IMG/VR virus record: IMGVR_UViG_3300032283_000156
Span: 1 to 27,349 of that record
Origin: a virus
Taxonomy: Duplodnaviria > Caudoviricetes
Direction: 5' to 3' (one strand)
DNA: 27,349 nt
Part shown: piece after piece, positions 7,202-15,942 of the stretch
Numbering within the stretch: the stretch's first letter is position 1
Layout of the letters: each line of letters starts with the position of its first letter
Made by a program: the position numbers and the translations under genes
Notes under the pieces: model-generated
Seen by the model: only the letters and a program-made list of their open reading frames with translations
Database searches by the model: none
Told to the model about the DNA's origin: nothing

Positions 7202-7401
7202 CCCCCCTCCAAGGAGTCAAGGGTGCCGTCCTTGGCAGCCTGCACCACCACGCTCAGGCACCCCTTGCACACGCCTTGGCTGAGCACCCAGTCCACCCCG
7301 TGGGCGCCCGTGTTGACGACCGTCTCCCCGTAGGCGTACACCTGCCCCATCTCTCCGCAGACGGGGCAGATGCTTGCCGTAGCCTCAGGCTTTCGCGGCA
7401 T
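7198..7401 (-). CDS. Small Cys4 zinc-finger protein, 67 aa
   Basis: CPVC..CKGC; start moved to ATG 7401. Confidence 0.7.
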   Translation of the reverse strand: MPRKPEATASICPVCGEMGQVYAYGETVVNTGAHGVDWVLSQGVCKGCLSVVVQAAKDGTLDSLEGG

Positions 7402-8410
7402 CCAGTCGCACCAGATACTCGGCGGTCGGGCCCTCCTTGCCGAAGAAGAGCGCCCACTGCGCGGGCGTGCCAGACGCTGCCAGCCACTCCTGCGCGTAGC
7501 GGTTGCTGCTCTCAATGCTGGCGTTGCCCCAGCAGGTGTGAGCACCGTCGCTCAGCACCAGTCGGCTTGGCGTGTGCCAGTGACCGTAGAAGAGGAAGTC
7601 GAACGGTTGCACTGATAGGTTCCAACCTTGCGCGCGCTTGGCGATCGCGTAGAACGGAAGCCCGAAGGCGCCGCCCTTGAACTGATCACCGTGCACCAGC
7701 ATGGCGCTCTTGCCCCCCGGCAAGTCCAGCACGTCATACCAGTGACGCCCACCCAGCGTGAGCGACTCCTTCCAGTCAACGCGCTTCTCGCCCTTCAAGT
7801 GCTCGGCTGCGATGCGATAAAGAATCGCGTCAGCGTTGCTCTCGTTGGAGTGATCGCCGAATCGTCCGAGCCGTCCATGGTTGCCGATCGCACCACGCAC
7901 GGTGACCTTCGGAGCGAGTGCTGCCATGGCCCGCACGAACTGCGCAAGCATCCCAGCACCCTCAAAAATCTGCACATACAAGCCGCCGCGCTCTACTTCA
8001 TAGGCTTGGCTTGGGAAGATGTTGCCGTCCGACTCCACGAAGTCGCCGAGCAACACGCAGGCGATCTCCTTGACGGGGACGCCGTGCAGTTCAATGAGGC
8101 GCTGCACCTTCGTGGCAAGCAACTCGATGCGAGCCTTCGCCACGTCAATGCTGTATGTCTCCGAATACTTGCCGAGCTGCCAGTCTCCCAGCAGGATCAC
8201 CAGCGTCTCGCCTTCGCCCTTCTTGCCTGATGCCTTCGGCTTCGGCACGGCTGGGATCGTGACGCTCAGCGCGGCATCCTTCGCCGCCTGATAGACGGCT
8301 GCGACTAACTCCTCACGGGCAGCGTCACGCTTCGCCAACTGGCGGAGTGCACGCTTGTGGGCGTCAGTGACTTCTTGAAGCCGCTGCTCCATCTGCAAGT
8401 CGTCGCTCAT
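7385..8410 (-). CDS. Calcineurin-like metallophosphoesterase with N-terminal coiled coil, 341 aa
   Basis: GDWQ, GDFVE, GNHGR, HGD and GHWH motifs; ATGA-coupled start at 8410. Confidence 0.9.
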   Translation of the reverse strand: MSDDLQMEQRLQEVTDAHKRALRQLAKRDAAREELVAAVYQAAKDAALSVTIPAVPKPKASGKKGEGETLVILLGDWQLGKYSETYSIDVAKARIELLATKVQRLIELHGVPVKEIACVLLGDFVESDGNIFPSQAYEVERGGLYVQIFEGAGMLAQFVRAMAALAPKVTVRGAIGNHGRLGRFGDHSNESNADAILYRIAAEHLKGEKRVDWKESLTLGGRHWYDVLDLPGGKSAMLVHGDQFKGGAFGLPFYAIAKRAQGWNLSVQPFDFLFYGHWHTPSRLVLSDGAHTCWGNASIESSNRYAQEWLAASGTPAQWALFFGKEGPTAEYLVRLDAAKA

Positions 8411-8637
8411 GAGTTGCACGCGCACTCGCCACGGCGGTGCCGGGCGATCGTCCAAAACGAGACGGTGAAGCCGCGCTTCTCAAGCCATGCGGTCAACGCC
8501 TTGGCGGTGATGGCTGGATCAGCCAGCCCCTTGTGCAGCGTCTCCCAGTCGTCACCCTCAAGGTGCACGCTGGTCATCCCGCAGGGTGGGCCCTTGCGGG
8601 GCTTGCTCAGCGCCCTGAGCTCTTCGAGTCCGTCCAT
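8407..8637 (-). CDS. Small HTH-like protein with Cys/His cluster, 76 aa
   Basis: GGAGGTG SD before ATG 8637; PCG..ITAKALTAWLEKRGFTVSFWTIARHRRGECAC. Confidence 0.75.
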   Translation of the reverse strand: MDGLEELRALSKPRKGPPCGMTSVHLEGDDWETLHKGLADPAITAKALTAWLEKRGFTVSFWTIARHRRGECACNS

Positions 8638-8659
8638 GTGAACACCTCCAACTGCTTGC

Positions 8660-8713
8660 TGCACCTGCTTGGGTGCCTGCTCGCAGCCTACACCTGCTCT
8701 TGTGTCAGGTGTA
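8660..8713 (-). promoter_or_regulatory. Candidate promoter/operator region
   Basis: Perfect inverted repeat TACACCTG-N9-CAGGTGTA (8689-8713), CACCTGCT direct repeats (8662, 8691), -10-like TAGGCT (8690-8685). Confidence 0.45.
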
Positions 8714-8728
8714 TGGCGGGGTGTGTGT

Positions 8729-9901
8729 TTAGTTTTTTTCCTTGATTCCGAAGGCGGTGTTCTTCGGGTCAAGATACTTCACGAGTACCTGCAGCCCAGA
8801 GGCAAGCCCAGCCGACACCACGGTGCGGAAGTCGCCGCCGTTGATGTCGAGCAGTGGGATGCCGAGCCCGAGCGCCACGGAGATGCTCACGGTGACGAAG
8901 GTTCGGACAAACTCAATGAGGGCTTCGTCGATGCCCGTGTTGTCCTTGATGTATCGGAAGAAAGTCATCATCTTGGCTGGTGCTCCTTGTACCTTGGCAG
9001 CCGCAGCCGCTGCACCACTTGCAGCATTGAGCGCCCTCCCAGCCACTGCTGCGAAGTCTACCTTGCCGAGAGCCTCAAGCTGCGCATCCACGGCGCTGGG
9101 CTTCTTAGGCTCGGGAGTGGTGGACGCGGTGGGGAGTTGCACCCCACGTGTTGGCTCAGGTGCCACTTCTGGCGCCGCTGCCACTGCTACTCGCGCCCCT
9201 GCGTTGACTGGTGCTGCGACTGTCTCAGGCACTGCGACTTGCGCGGGTGCCGGGGCCGCTGCCTTCTTGGGGTAGGTGACGATGAGCAGCGCCTTGTAGT
9301 CGGCTGTCAACTTGCGCGCCCGCATCTTCGACTTGACGATGGTGTGCAGTTGCGACTCCGAGAGTTGCACGCCGTACTTCTCGGCGGCAATCTTCTCATC
9401 ACGGGTAGGGCATGCCCACTGCCAGCCGTCTACGTCGTCATACCCTGCAGACGTCATGTGACCGTAGCCAGCCTTGATCTTCTCAGGGGCGTTCTTCGTC
9501 CACCACTTCACCCAGCGATCGTGCCACGCGCTGATGCGAATCTCGGGCGGGTAGCCGATCGGCTGCTGCACCCACACCATGAGGGCGGCGCCAGCCTTGG
9601 CGGCGGTGACGGCATCCTCCCAGCTCTTCGCGTAGCGGGCCTTCCCGCCAAGGTGCGCGATCACCTTCACGGCTTCGGCGAGACTGCCGCCGTTGTCGGA
9701 GACTCCCTGCACGTCCTTGCGCCCCGTGACCTTCTTCTCTGCTGCGACGCCATCGGCGCTCGAGTAGTCGACTTCATACCCGCTCGCCCATGAGACGGCA
9801 GCGGCGCACGATGACCATGTGCAGTCGTCAAGGATTTGCTTGGCGCCCTTCAGTTGGGCTTCAGCGTCGGAGTAGAGTTGCGACTTGACGCGGTACTTCA
9901 C
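8729..9901 (-). CDS. Putative endolysin: peptidase C39-like domain, Ala/Pro linker, C-terminal holin-like membrane domain
   Basis: SQ..DDCTWSSCAAA and YGHMTSAGYD papain-like Cys/His motifs; C-terminal EFVRTFVTVSISVALGLG..AGLASGLQVLVKYLDPKNTAFG; position after tail genes. Confidence 0.7.
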   Translation of the reverse strand: MKYRVKSQLYSDAEAQLKGAKQILDDCTWSSCAAAVSWASGYEVDYSSADGVAAEKKVTGRKDVQGVSDNGGSLAEAVKVIAHLGGKARYAKSWEDAVTAAKAGAALMVWVQQPIGYPPEIRISAWHDRWVKWWTKNAPEKIKAGYGHMTSAGYDDVDGWQWACPTRDEKIAAEKYGVQLSESQLHTIVKSKMRARKLTADYKALLIVTYPKKAAAPAPAQVAVPETVAAPVNAGARVAVAAAPEVAPEPTRGVQLPTASTTPEPKKPSAVDAQLEALGKVDFAAVAGRALNAASGAAAAAAKVQGAPAKMMTFFRYIKDNTGIDEALIEFVRTFVTVSISVALGLGIPLLDINGGDFRTVVSAGLASGLQVLVKYLDPKNTAFGIKEKN

Positions 9902-10152
9902 GCGGTCAGTTCTTTCTTGATGAGCACTGCAACGGCTCGCCCTGCGGCATCGTGGCTCAGTGCGGCGCTAACTGGGAAGCCCTCAGTGGCGCCTTCGGCA
10001 TAGTCGTTGCCGTCTTCTGCGCGCTTCCATAGGGTGCCGCCGTAGGCGCTGTTGTTGTCGTTCGGCACCAGTGCAACCCACTCGCCCGGAGCCGTCTCAA
10101 TGCGAGTCCAGCCCTGCTCGTGAATCTCTTCAATGTGATCAGCCGTCGTCAT
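9898..10152 (-). CDS. Hypothetical protein, 84 aa
   Basis: GGGGAG SD before ATG 10152; GTGA overlap with endolysin. Confidence 0.75.
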   Translation of the reverse strand: MTTADHIEEIHEQGWTRIETAPGEWVALVPNDNNSAYGGTLWKRAEDGNDYAEGATEGFPVSAALSHDAAGRAVAVLIKKELTA

Positions 10153-10154
10153 GT

Positions 10155-10334
10155 TTACTCCCCGCCCCAGCGTAGGGGCCCTGTCGCTGCCCACAATCCG
10201 AGCAGCACTAAGATGCAGACGCCGACGAAGTCACGGGTGCTGCCGTCGGGCAACACGATCCACGCAATCAGCATGCCGAGCCACGTCCACGAACTTGCCG
10301 AGATGTCAAGTGCGATGTCCTTCAGGAGTTTCAC
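10155..10334 (-). CDS. Small two-TM membrane protein, 59 aa (not in ORF track)
   Basis: Hand translation MKLLKDIALDISASSWTWLGMLIAWIVLPDGSTRDFVGVCILVLLGLWAATGPLRWGGE; GTGA-coupled to the PA14 gene. Confidence 0.8.
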   Translation of the reverse strand: MKLLKDIALDISASSWTWLGMLIAWIVLPDGSTRDFVGVCILVLLGLWAATGPLRWGGE

Positions 10335-11476
10335 TGCTTGCCCTTTCGTGACCCTCCTGATGACGCAGCACCAGCCGCCGCTGCACTGGCTGCCGCAACG
10401 GCTGCCTGCGCGAGCTGCGTGATGATCACTGCGGGGATGATTGTAGCGGCTGCTTCTTTCTTCTCGGCTGGCGTAATGTCGTGTCCAAGATCGGCAACGA
10501 ACGCAGCGGCTTCGCCGACGGCTGCGACTGCTTCGCCGACGGCTGCGCTGACGGCTTCGGCGACTGCCTCAGCTGCAGCCCCGGGGTCAATCACCAGCGG
10601 CTCATCCGATGGCGACGGGGACGGCACTGGTGAGGGCTCCTCAGAAGGCTCTGGCAGGGGTGTTTCCGCCACGCTGGGGCTTGGCGAAGGCGGTTCTGGG
10701 GTAGGAGTCGGGGTCGGCGTAGGCGTCGCCGTAGGGCTCGGCGCTACGGTTGGCGTAGGAGTAGGCTCAGGAGTAGGACTAGGGCTAGGGCTAGGTTCAG
10801 GAGTAGAAGACGGCGAAGGCTCCACTGATGGCGATGGCTCGGGCGTCGGCTCGGGTGTGGGAAACGGGTTCGGAGACGGTTCAACACTTGGCACCTCAGG
10901 GCTGGGCTCCACACTTGGGAGCGGGGTTGGCACGGCTTCCGTGGTAAGCCACTCAGTCGGCACTACGCCGTAGCCTGAGGGGCTGCCGTAGTCGAGTCTG
11001 GCGCACGCTCCGCCGCCCCACTCGAACATCCACACACTGATCGGCTGGGAGACTCCCGCCTGCATCTGGGTGAAGCCTTCGTTCGCGCCACTCCAGTGCC
11101 CGCCGCAGCCGTGGAAGTTCCAGTCATTCAACGCCACGAAGTCGCCAATCGTCATACGCCAGCCGTCGTCGCTCCAGTTGAGCCACTCCCATGCGCCCGA
11201 CTCTGGCACCGTGATCCAGCCAGTGAAGTGCACCATAAAGAAGTCGGCGGGGCAGCCTGCAGCTGAAGCGTCGCCGCCCCACATGAAGTCAATGTTGGGC
11301 ACGATGCCGACGAAGCAGGGCTCACTAGTGGGCGCCGTTTCCCACGGGCCAGTGCCGACGATCACCTCCGGGTAGACGGTCATCGTCAGCCCCTGCTGGG
11401 GTTGATCCTGAGCCAACGCTGGCAGCGTGCAGAAGAGCATGGCGGCAGCCACGAGCGGGATGAGTACGCGGCGCAC
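10331..11476 (-). CDS. Secreted PA14-domain protein with long Pro/Ser/Thr/Glu stalk and hydrophobic C-terminus, about 381 aa
   Basis: Signal peptide MRRVLIPLVAAAMLFCTLPALA; IDFMWG, FMVHFTGWITVPESG, SDDG, FEWGGGA PA14 motifs; TAGTG-coupled start at 11476. Confidence 0.85.
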   Translation of the reverse strand: MRRVLIPLVAAAMLFCTLPALAQDQPQQGLTMTVYPEVIVGTGPWETAPTSEPCFVGIVPNIDFMWGGDASAAGCPADFFMVHFTGWITVPESGAWEWLNWSDDGWRMTIGDFVALNDWNFHGCGGHWSGANEGFTQMQAGVSQPISVWMFEWGGGACARLDYGSPSGYGVVPTEWLTTEAVPTPLPSVEPSPEVPSVEPSPNPFPTPEPTPEPSPSVEPSPSSTPEPSPSPSPTPEPTPTPTVAPSPTATPTPTPTPTPEPPSPSPSVAETPLPEPSEEPSPVPSPSPSDEPLVIDPGAAAEAVAEAVSAAVGEAVAAVGEAAAFVADLGHDITPAEKKEAAATIIPAVIITQLAQAAVAAASAAAAGAASSGGSRKGKQ

Positions 11477-11661
11477 TACTTGCCCTGCTGTTGAAGCCAC
11501 GCCAGCAGCGCGCCGATTCCCCCAACTCCCAAGAAGGCGCCGATCGCCTTGAGCACCGTGAGCCCGCCCTTCATCTGGTCAATCTCTGACTGCAGGCGGT
11601 CAATCTTGGCGCTCTGAGCGTCTAATCGCTCAAGGATGGCGTCGGCTTGGCTGCGCGTCAT
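11476..11661 (-). CDS. Small coiled-coil plus single-TM protein (holin-like or lysis accessory)
   Basis: ILERLDAQSAKIDRLQSEIDQMK followed by VLKAIGAFLGVGGIGALLAWL; first gene after tail fibre. Confidence 0.7.
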   Translation of the reverse strand: MTRSQADAILERLDAQSAKIDRLQSEIDQMKGGLTVLKAIGAFLGVGGIGALLAWLQQQGK

Positions 11662-13085
11662 CGTGACTCCAGCGCGGCAAGCCGCTCTTCAAGGTCGTTC
11701 ACGCGCGCGAAGAGTGCAGCGATCAGAGCCGTTGGGTCAAGCGTCTCAACGCGCCCATCAGCGTCATAACCGACTGCGTGAGAGAGTCCAGTGGCAAGCA
11801 CTTCTTCAGCGATGAATCCAAGTCGCGTCTCGCCAGCTTCATCTGGGATTGTGCTCTCGTAGTGGCGTGGCTTGATCTTCTTGGCTGCTTCAAGGACTGC
11901 TGCGTCAGCGTCAACGATGTTCGTCTTATAGCGCGCGCTGGATGTGTTGCGGCGTAGCGTGTAATCCGTGCCAGAGTTGAGCACCCAGATGGCTGCGTTC
12001 GTGGTGTTCGTTGTTGTTGGGATTGCAGTCGCCCTGAAGCCGTCTGCCTGACAAGTTGCGCCGACTAGCAGTGAGGAGCTGACCGTTGTGTATGTGCCGT
12101 CGTCGTCAATAAATCGAGTGACCTGCCCGCCTGGATAGAATCGTGAGGCGACAACGTTGCAGTAGCCGCTCTGGTCTGCAGTCAACATGTTGAGACGGCC
12201 ACTGCCGCCGCCGCCTTGGATTGCTCCACCAGTGACGCCGTCGCCAAACACGATGACTGCGTTGCCGACCGCTGCGCCTGTCTTGATGCTGATCGGATAC
12301 GCCGAGCCAGTAGGTGACTCGATCTTCAGCACGTTGCTGCTGCTGGTAATGCGCGCAGGCGCGAACGATGCAGACGATGTATCGGTGATGTAGAGGCCCT
12401 GATCACCACGGTGCAGGCGGATCTCTGCGATGTCCTGCGTTGTCGTTCCTGAAGTCGTACCAGTTGTTGCGATAGTCAAGGTCACATAGATGAAGGCTGC
12501 GTCAGACGGTGCAGCAGAGTTGAGCGGCGTAGTATCAACCGATAGCAGCGTTGCCCCTGTGCTGATCGTTTTGCTGTCGCCAGTGCCTGTCGTCGTGAGG
12601 TCAATCGTCGCCCAAGAGTAGGCAAGAGTGACGCTGAAGTTCGTTCCAGTTCGAGTGCCAAGAAAGGCTTCAGGGATAAAGACGAAGGCACGGTCACGGC
12701 TTGCTGGCACTGGGATGTATCGCGTGATCTTGGCGCTCTTGCCAGTCGTTGTTCCATCGGTGATGCTCCAGCGCAAGACATACCCTGAGCCTGCCCCAGC
12801 GTCAGCTACCAGCGCGCAGGTAATCGCGCCGCTGCTGCTCGTATCCGTGAACGTCCAGTAGGGAAGGGCGTTGTCGGCGGTGATCGTTGCCTCAGCATCT
12901 GCAGGTGGGATGGCGAACGAACCGTTCGCAACCCCGGCTTGGATTTCCCTCAATGCGGCACTGCCGAAGAGCAGCGCACTCTCGCCCTGACTGTCGCCGT
13001 TGATGAGCACCGCACCATCTTGTGAGATAACGCTGCCGCCAGAGTTGGCAAGTTGCTGCTGATCGCTGCCGTATTTGTCTACCAT
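11658..13085 (-). CDS. Tail fibre / receptor-binding protein with C-terminal intramolecular chaperone (peptidase S74)
   Basis: SSARYKTNI autocleavage motif, LGFIAEEV, terminal coiled coil VNDLEERLAALE. Confidence 0.88.
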   Translation of the reverse strand: MVDKYGSDQQQLANSGGSVISQDGAVLINGDSQGESALLFGSAALREIQAGVANGSFAIPPADAEATITADNALPYWTFTDTSSSGAITCALVADAGAGSGYVLRWSITDGTTTGKSAKITRYIPVPASRDRAFVFIPEAFLGTRTGTNFSVTLAYSWATIDLTTTGTGDSKTISTGATLLSVDTTPLNSAAPSDAAFIYVTLTIATTGTTSGTTTQDIAEIRLHRGDQGLYITDTSSASFAPARITSSSNVLKIESPTGSAYPISIKTGAAVGNAVIVFGDGVTGGAIQGGGGSGRLNMLTADQSGYCNVVASRFYPGGQVTRFIDDDGTYTTVSSSLLVGATCQADGFRATAIPTTTNTTNAAIWVLNSGTDYTLRRNTSSARYKTNIVDADAAVLEAAKKIKPRHYESTIPDEAGETRLGFIAEEVLATGLSHAVGYDADGRVETLDPTALIAALFARVNDLEERLAALESR

Positions 13086-13088
13086 GTC

Positions 13089-14537
13089 TTACCCCTGCAA
13101 GAACTTCTTGAGCGGGTTGCGTGGCGCCCGCTCACATGTGATGTCATACACGCGGATCATAGAGCCCGGCTCAAAGGACATGCTCAGCGACTCGATGCGA
13201 TAGAGCCCGCCAAGTCCAAGGATGTTGACCGTGTTGCCGCCGATCGTGGTGCTGTCGTTGATCTCGACATACTGCCCCGCTTCCCAACCATCCTGCAGCG
13301 CGTAGGTGCTGGCGCCTGTCTGGCGGTATCCCTTTACGAAGCCGTATGGGTTGTTCGTCGGGTCAGCCCCACGAACGGTGAACGTGATGCTGCGTTGCGG
13401 CGCGGCGCGGTTCGTGTAAGTGTCTGTCCCGAAGTAGGTCTTCGCGTATCCCGTGATCTTGTCGCTCCAGTACACGCCGCCGCTGGCGCGTGGCGGCATG
13501 GGCGTCACGGTGACGATGCCCTCAGGGCGTGGGCCATTGCGCGTCGTCATGCCTGCACCATTTGGCGCCGCCTGATCGTAGACGCGGGTGTACGGGTCTT
13601 TCACCGTATAGGCGCCGCCGCTGATCTTGGCGTCGGCTTCGCTCCATGACGTGTTCATCATGAAGCGGGTCTTCTTGACGATGGCTTCGTGGTCAAGGTT
13701 GACCTGCAGGTTGCGCACTTGCAGCGTTGCAGCTGCTGACGTAGAGCCGTACGGCGAGTACGTCGGCGTGGTGACAATCCTGAACGGAGCCGTGGCGTAC
13801 GTCGGAGTCGCAGTGCCGAGTCGGGCGTAGTTGATTCTCCCGCTCGGCGCCACCCAGTAGCGGCGCTCTTCTCCGTCTACGGCTTCGGCTGCCTGCTTGA
13901 TGGTGTCAAGGCATGCGCGCAGCGTGCCGGGCACCATGAGCAACTGCCCGACGTTGACGGCTGTCCCCGTGTAGGCGGGCGTGGTGTTCGTGTTCACGAT
14001 GAGCCTGTTGGCGGTTCGCCCGCTGGTGCCAGTGCTGAACGCCATGGCTGCGTCAGCCTTGGCGACTAGGTCAGTCACACCAGCCTGATCCGTGCTGCTG
14101 CCTGATCCGATGAGGAAGTTGCCCGTGAAGTCATGTTTCGTGCCCGTGACCAGTCGCCCCTTGTAGACAATGATCTTGTCAAGGAAGGTGGACGCAGCTG
14201 CAGCCGTGACGGTTGCGCGCGTGCCAAGCCCGCTCTCGGCGAGTTCAGCCTTGATGCTGGTGATGTATCCCAAGAAGGTAGTCGTGCCGCTGACTTGGAA
14301 GCGCACGCGCGCGTTGTCATAGACGCTGCCTGACTTCCACCATGGCCCGCCCGCTGGCGTCTTTACCTGCACCACGTCGAACGATAGGGCTCCGCCGTTG
14401 CCGTTGGCGTCTTGCGTTAGGTCAACGCTCTGAGGGTCAACCCATGGCGTCGTTGGGCTTGCAGTTGAATAGTCGTCAAGGATGTTGGCGCCGCTGTTTA
14501 CTCCATCAACGATGATGGCGAATGGGTGCGTCGCCAT
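13089..14537 (-). CDS. Minor tail protein (baseplate hub-like)
   Basis: Directly after tape measure; FLGYITSI, RYWVAPSGRINY, GWEAGQYVEI..YRIESLSM hub-like pattern. Confidence 0.7.
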   Translation of the reverse strand: MATHPFAIIVDGVNSGANILDDYSTASPTTPWVDPQSVDLTQDANGNGGALSFDVVQVKTPAGGPWWKSGSVYDNARVRFQVSGTTTFLGYITSIKAELAESGLGTRATVTAAAASTFLDKIIVYKGRLVTGTKHDFTGNFLIGSGSSTDQAGVTDLVAKADAAMAFSTGTSGRTANRLIVNTNTTPAYTGTAVNVGQLLMVPGTLRACLDTIKQAAEAVDGEERRYWVAPSGRINYARLGTATPTYATAPFRIVTTPTYSPYGSTSAAATLQVRNLQVNLDHEAIVKKTRFMMNTSWSEADAKISGGAYTVKDPYTRVYDQAAPNGAGMTTRNGPRPEGIVTVTPMPPRASGGVYWSDKITGYAKTYFGTDTYTNRAAPQRSITFTVRGADPTNNPYGFVKGYRQTGASTYALQDGWEAGQYVEINDSTTIGGNTVNILGLGGLYRIESLSMSFEPGSMIRVYDITCERAPRNPLKKFLQG

Positions 14538-14540
14538 GGC

Positions 14541-15941
14541 TTAGCGTCCCGGTGAGGTGGTGTCAATAATGCGCCCGAGTGAGTCGCGCACTACACCGTC
14601 AACTGATGTCCCGCCGATTTCAACCGTGAGATCGGGCGATCCCCATGGCCCGAAGTTGAAGTTGCCATTGCCGCCCGGGGTTGGAGCGACGCCAGACGGC
14701 ATGCCGCCGATTCCAAGCTGACGCAGGATGAAGTCCCACGCAGTCTGGTTGACCACGTCAGCCTGAGGGCCACTGAAGCCGGGGCCATCTGTTCCGCCCA
14801 CTCGCAGCTTGGATTCAACTCCCGCTGCTTTCTCAGATGCCTTCAGGAAGTCTTGAATGCCCTTCACCAGTGAAATCATGGCGTCCACGATTCCGTTGAT
14901 GATGTCCATGAGCCCGCTGAGTGCAGCGCCGATCAGCTGCACGGCAACGGCGAGCGGGCCCTTCCCGTCGCCCCAGAGCGTGCCGACTAGGTTGCCGAGT
15001 GCCGTGAGCAGTCCATCTGGCCCTGTCAGTTTCCCGATAAAGACGCCGACCTTGTCGCCCAAGTCCTTGAAGATGGGCCCGACCACCTTGCCGACTGAGT
15101 CAAACACGCCGCCGGGCTTTGTCATGTTGGTGATGTTGTCCTGAATCATTGGCCCGAACGTATCGGCGAGCCCCTTGCCAACGTCCATGACAATCGGCGC
15201 AACGACGTCGAACGCCTTGCCCAAGGCTGGCAGTGCAGTGGTGTTCAAGAAGTCCAACCCCGCGTTGGCGATCGGCAAGAACTTCGCGCCGAAGTCTTCC
15301 ATGATGTTGTTCAGTTTCAGTTGCGCCTTCGTGAACTTGCCGCTGGTAGTGTTGGCTGCGGCTTCAGCTGCGCCCTTGTATTTCTTGAGCACTGCTTTCA
15401 ACACGTCAAACCCCTTGGCGCCCTTCTTGACTTCTACGCCAAGCCCCTTGAGTCCCTTCGTGTTGCCCTGATACGCTTTGCCAACGAGTCCCGTCGCTTC
15501 TTCTAGGCTGATGTTCTTTGCTGCAGCGACGTCGGCAGCCACGTTCTGAATCTTGAGAGCGTCATTGAAGTTCTTCGTGAATGATGTTGCGGTGATAAGA
15601 CTCTCACGCACCTGATCATCAGCGATGGCGAGATTCTCCATCTTGGCGATCTGATTCTCAACAGCTGCAGCGTTGGCGTCCGTGAGCATGCCGCGCTGCT
15701 TGAGAATCCCATTGAGTCTGGCGACCTGTTTCTCCTCATCCGCCGCTGCCGCAGTGGCTGCGATGGTGAAGCCTGCGACTGCCGTGGCGATGCCGATCGC
15801 GCCAAGTGCTGCGCTCTTGAGCCCGTCGCCAACCTTGGAGCCGACGTTCTTGAGAGTGCCCAAGCCCTTGCCGATCGTCTTCAAGCTTGGCGTGGCTTGG
15901 TCGATCGCCTTGATGACTAGGTTCATGACGCCCTTGTTCAT
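14541..15941 (-). CDS. Tape measure protein (short, 466 aa)
   Basis: LVIKAIDQAT N-terminus, Ala/Gly/Lys-rich amphipathic helices, position after chaperone. Confidence 0.88.
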   Translation of the reverse strand: MNKGVMNLVIKAIDQATPSLKTIGKGLGTLKNVGSKVGDGLKSAALGAIGIATAVAGFTIAATAAAADEEKQVARLNGILKQRGMLTDANAAAVENQIAKMENLAIADDQVRESLITATSFTKNFNDALKIQNVAADVAAAKNISLEEATGLVGKAYQGNTKGLKGLGVEVKKGAKGFDVLKAVLKKYKGAAEAAANTTSGKFTKAQLKLNNIMEDFGAKFLPIANAGLDFLNTTALPALGKAFDVVAPIVMDVGKGLADTFGPMIQDNITNMTKPGGVFDSVGKVVGPIFKDLGDKVGVFIGKLTGPDGLLTALGNLVGTLWGDGKGPLAVAVQLIGAALSGLMDIINGIVDAMISLVKGIQDFLKASEKAAGVESKLRVGGTDGPGFSGPQADVVNQTAWDFILRQLGIGGMPSGVAPTPGGNGNFNFGPWGSPDLTVEIGGTSVDGVVRDSLGRIIDTTSPGR

Positions 15942-15942
15942 G

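Noticed and set aside
8669-9793. 374-aa plus-strand ORF
   Set aside because: Antisense shadow of the endolysin gene in high-GC DNA; no motifs and atypical composition.
10338-10973. Plus-strand Gly/Val/Ser repeat ORF
   Set aside because: Mirror of the Pro/Thr/Ser stalk codons on the coding strand.
39-11500. Long N-terminal extensions in the ORF track (starts at 485, 1382, 2259, 4528, 6491, 6968, 7545, 8455, 8772, 10194, 11500)
   Set aside because: They overlap upstream genes or intergenic signals; downstream starts with SD motifs or stop/start coupling fit better.
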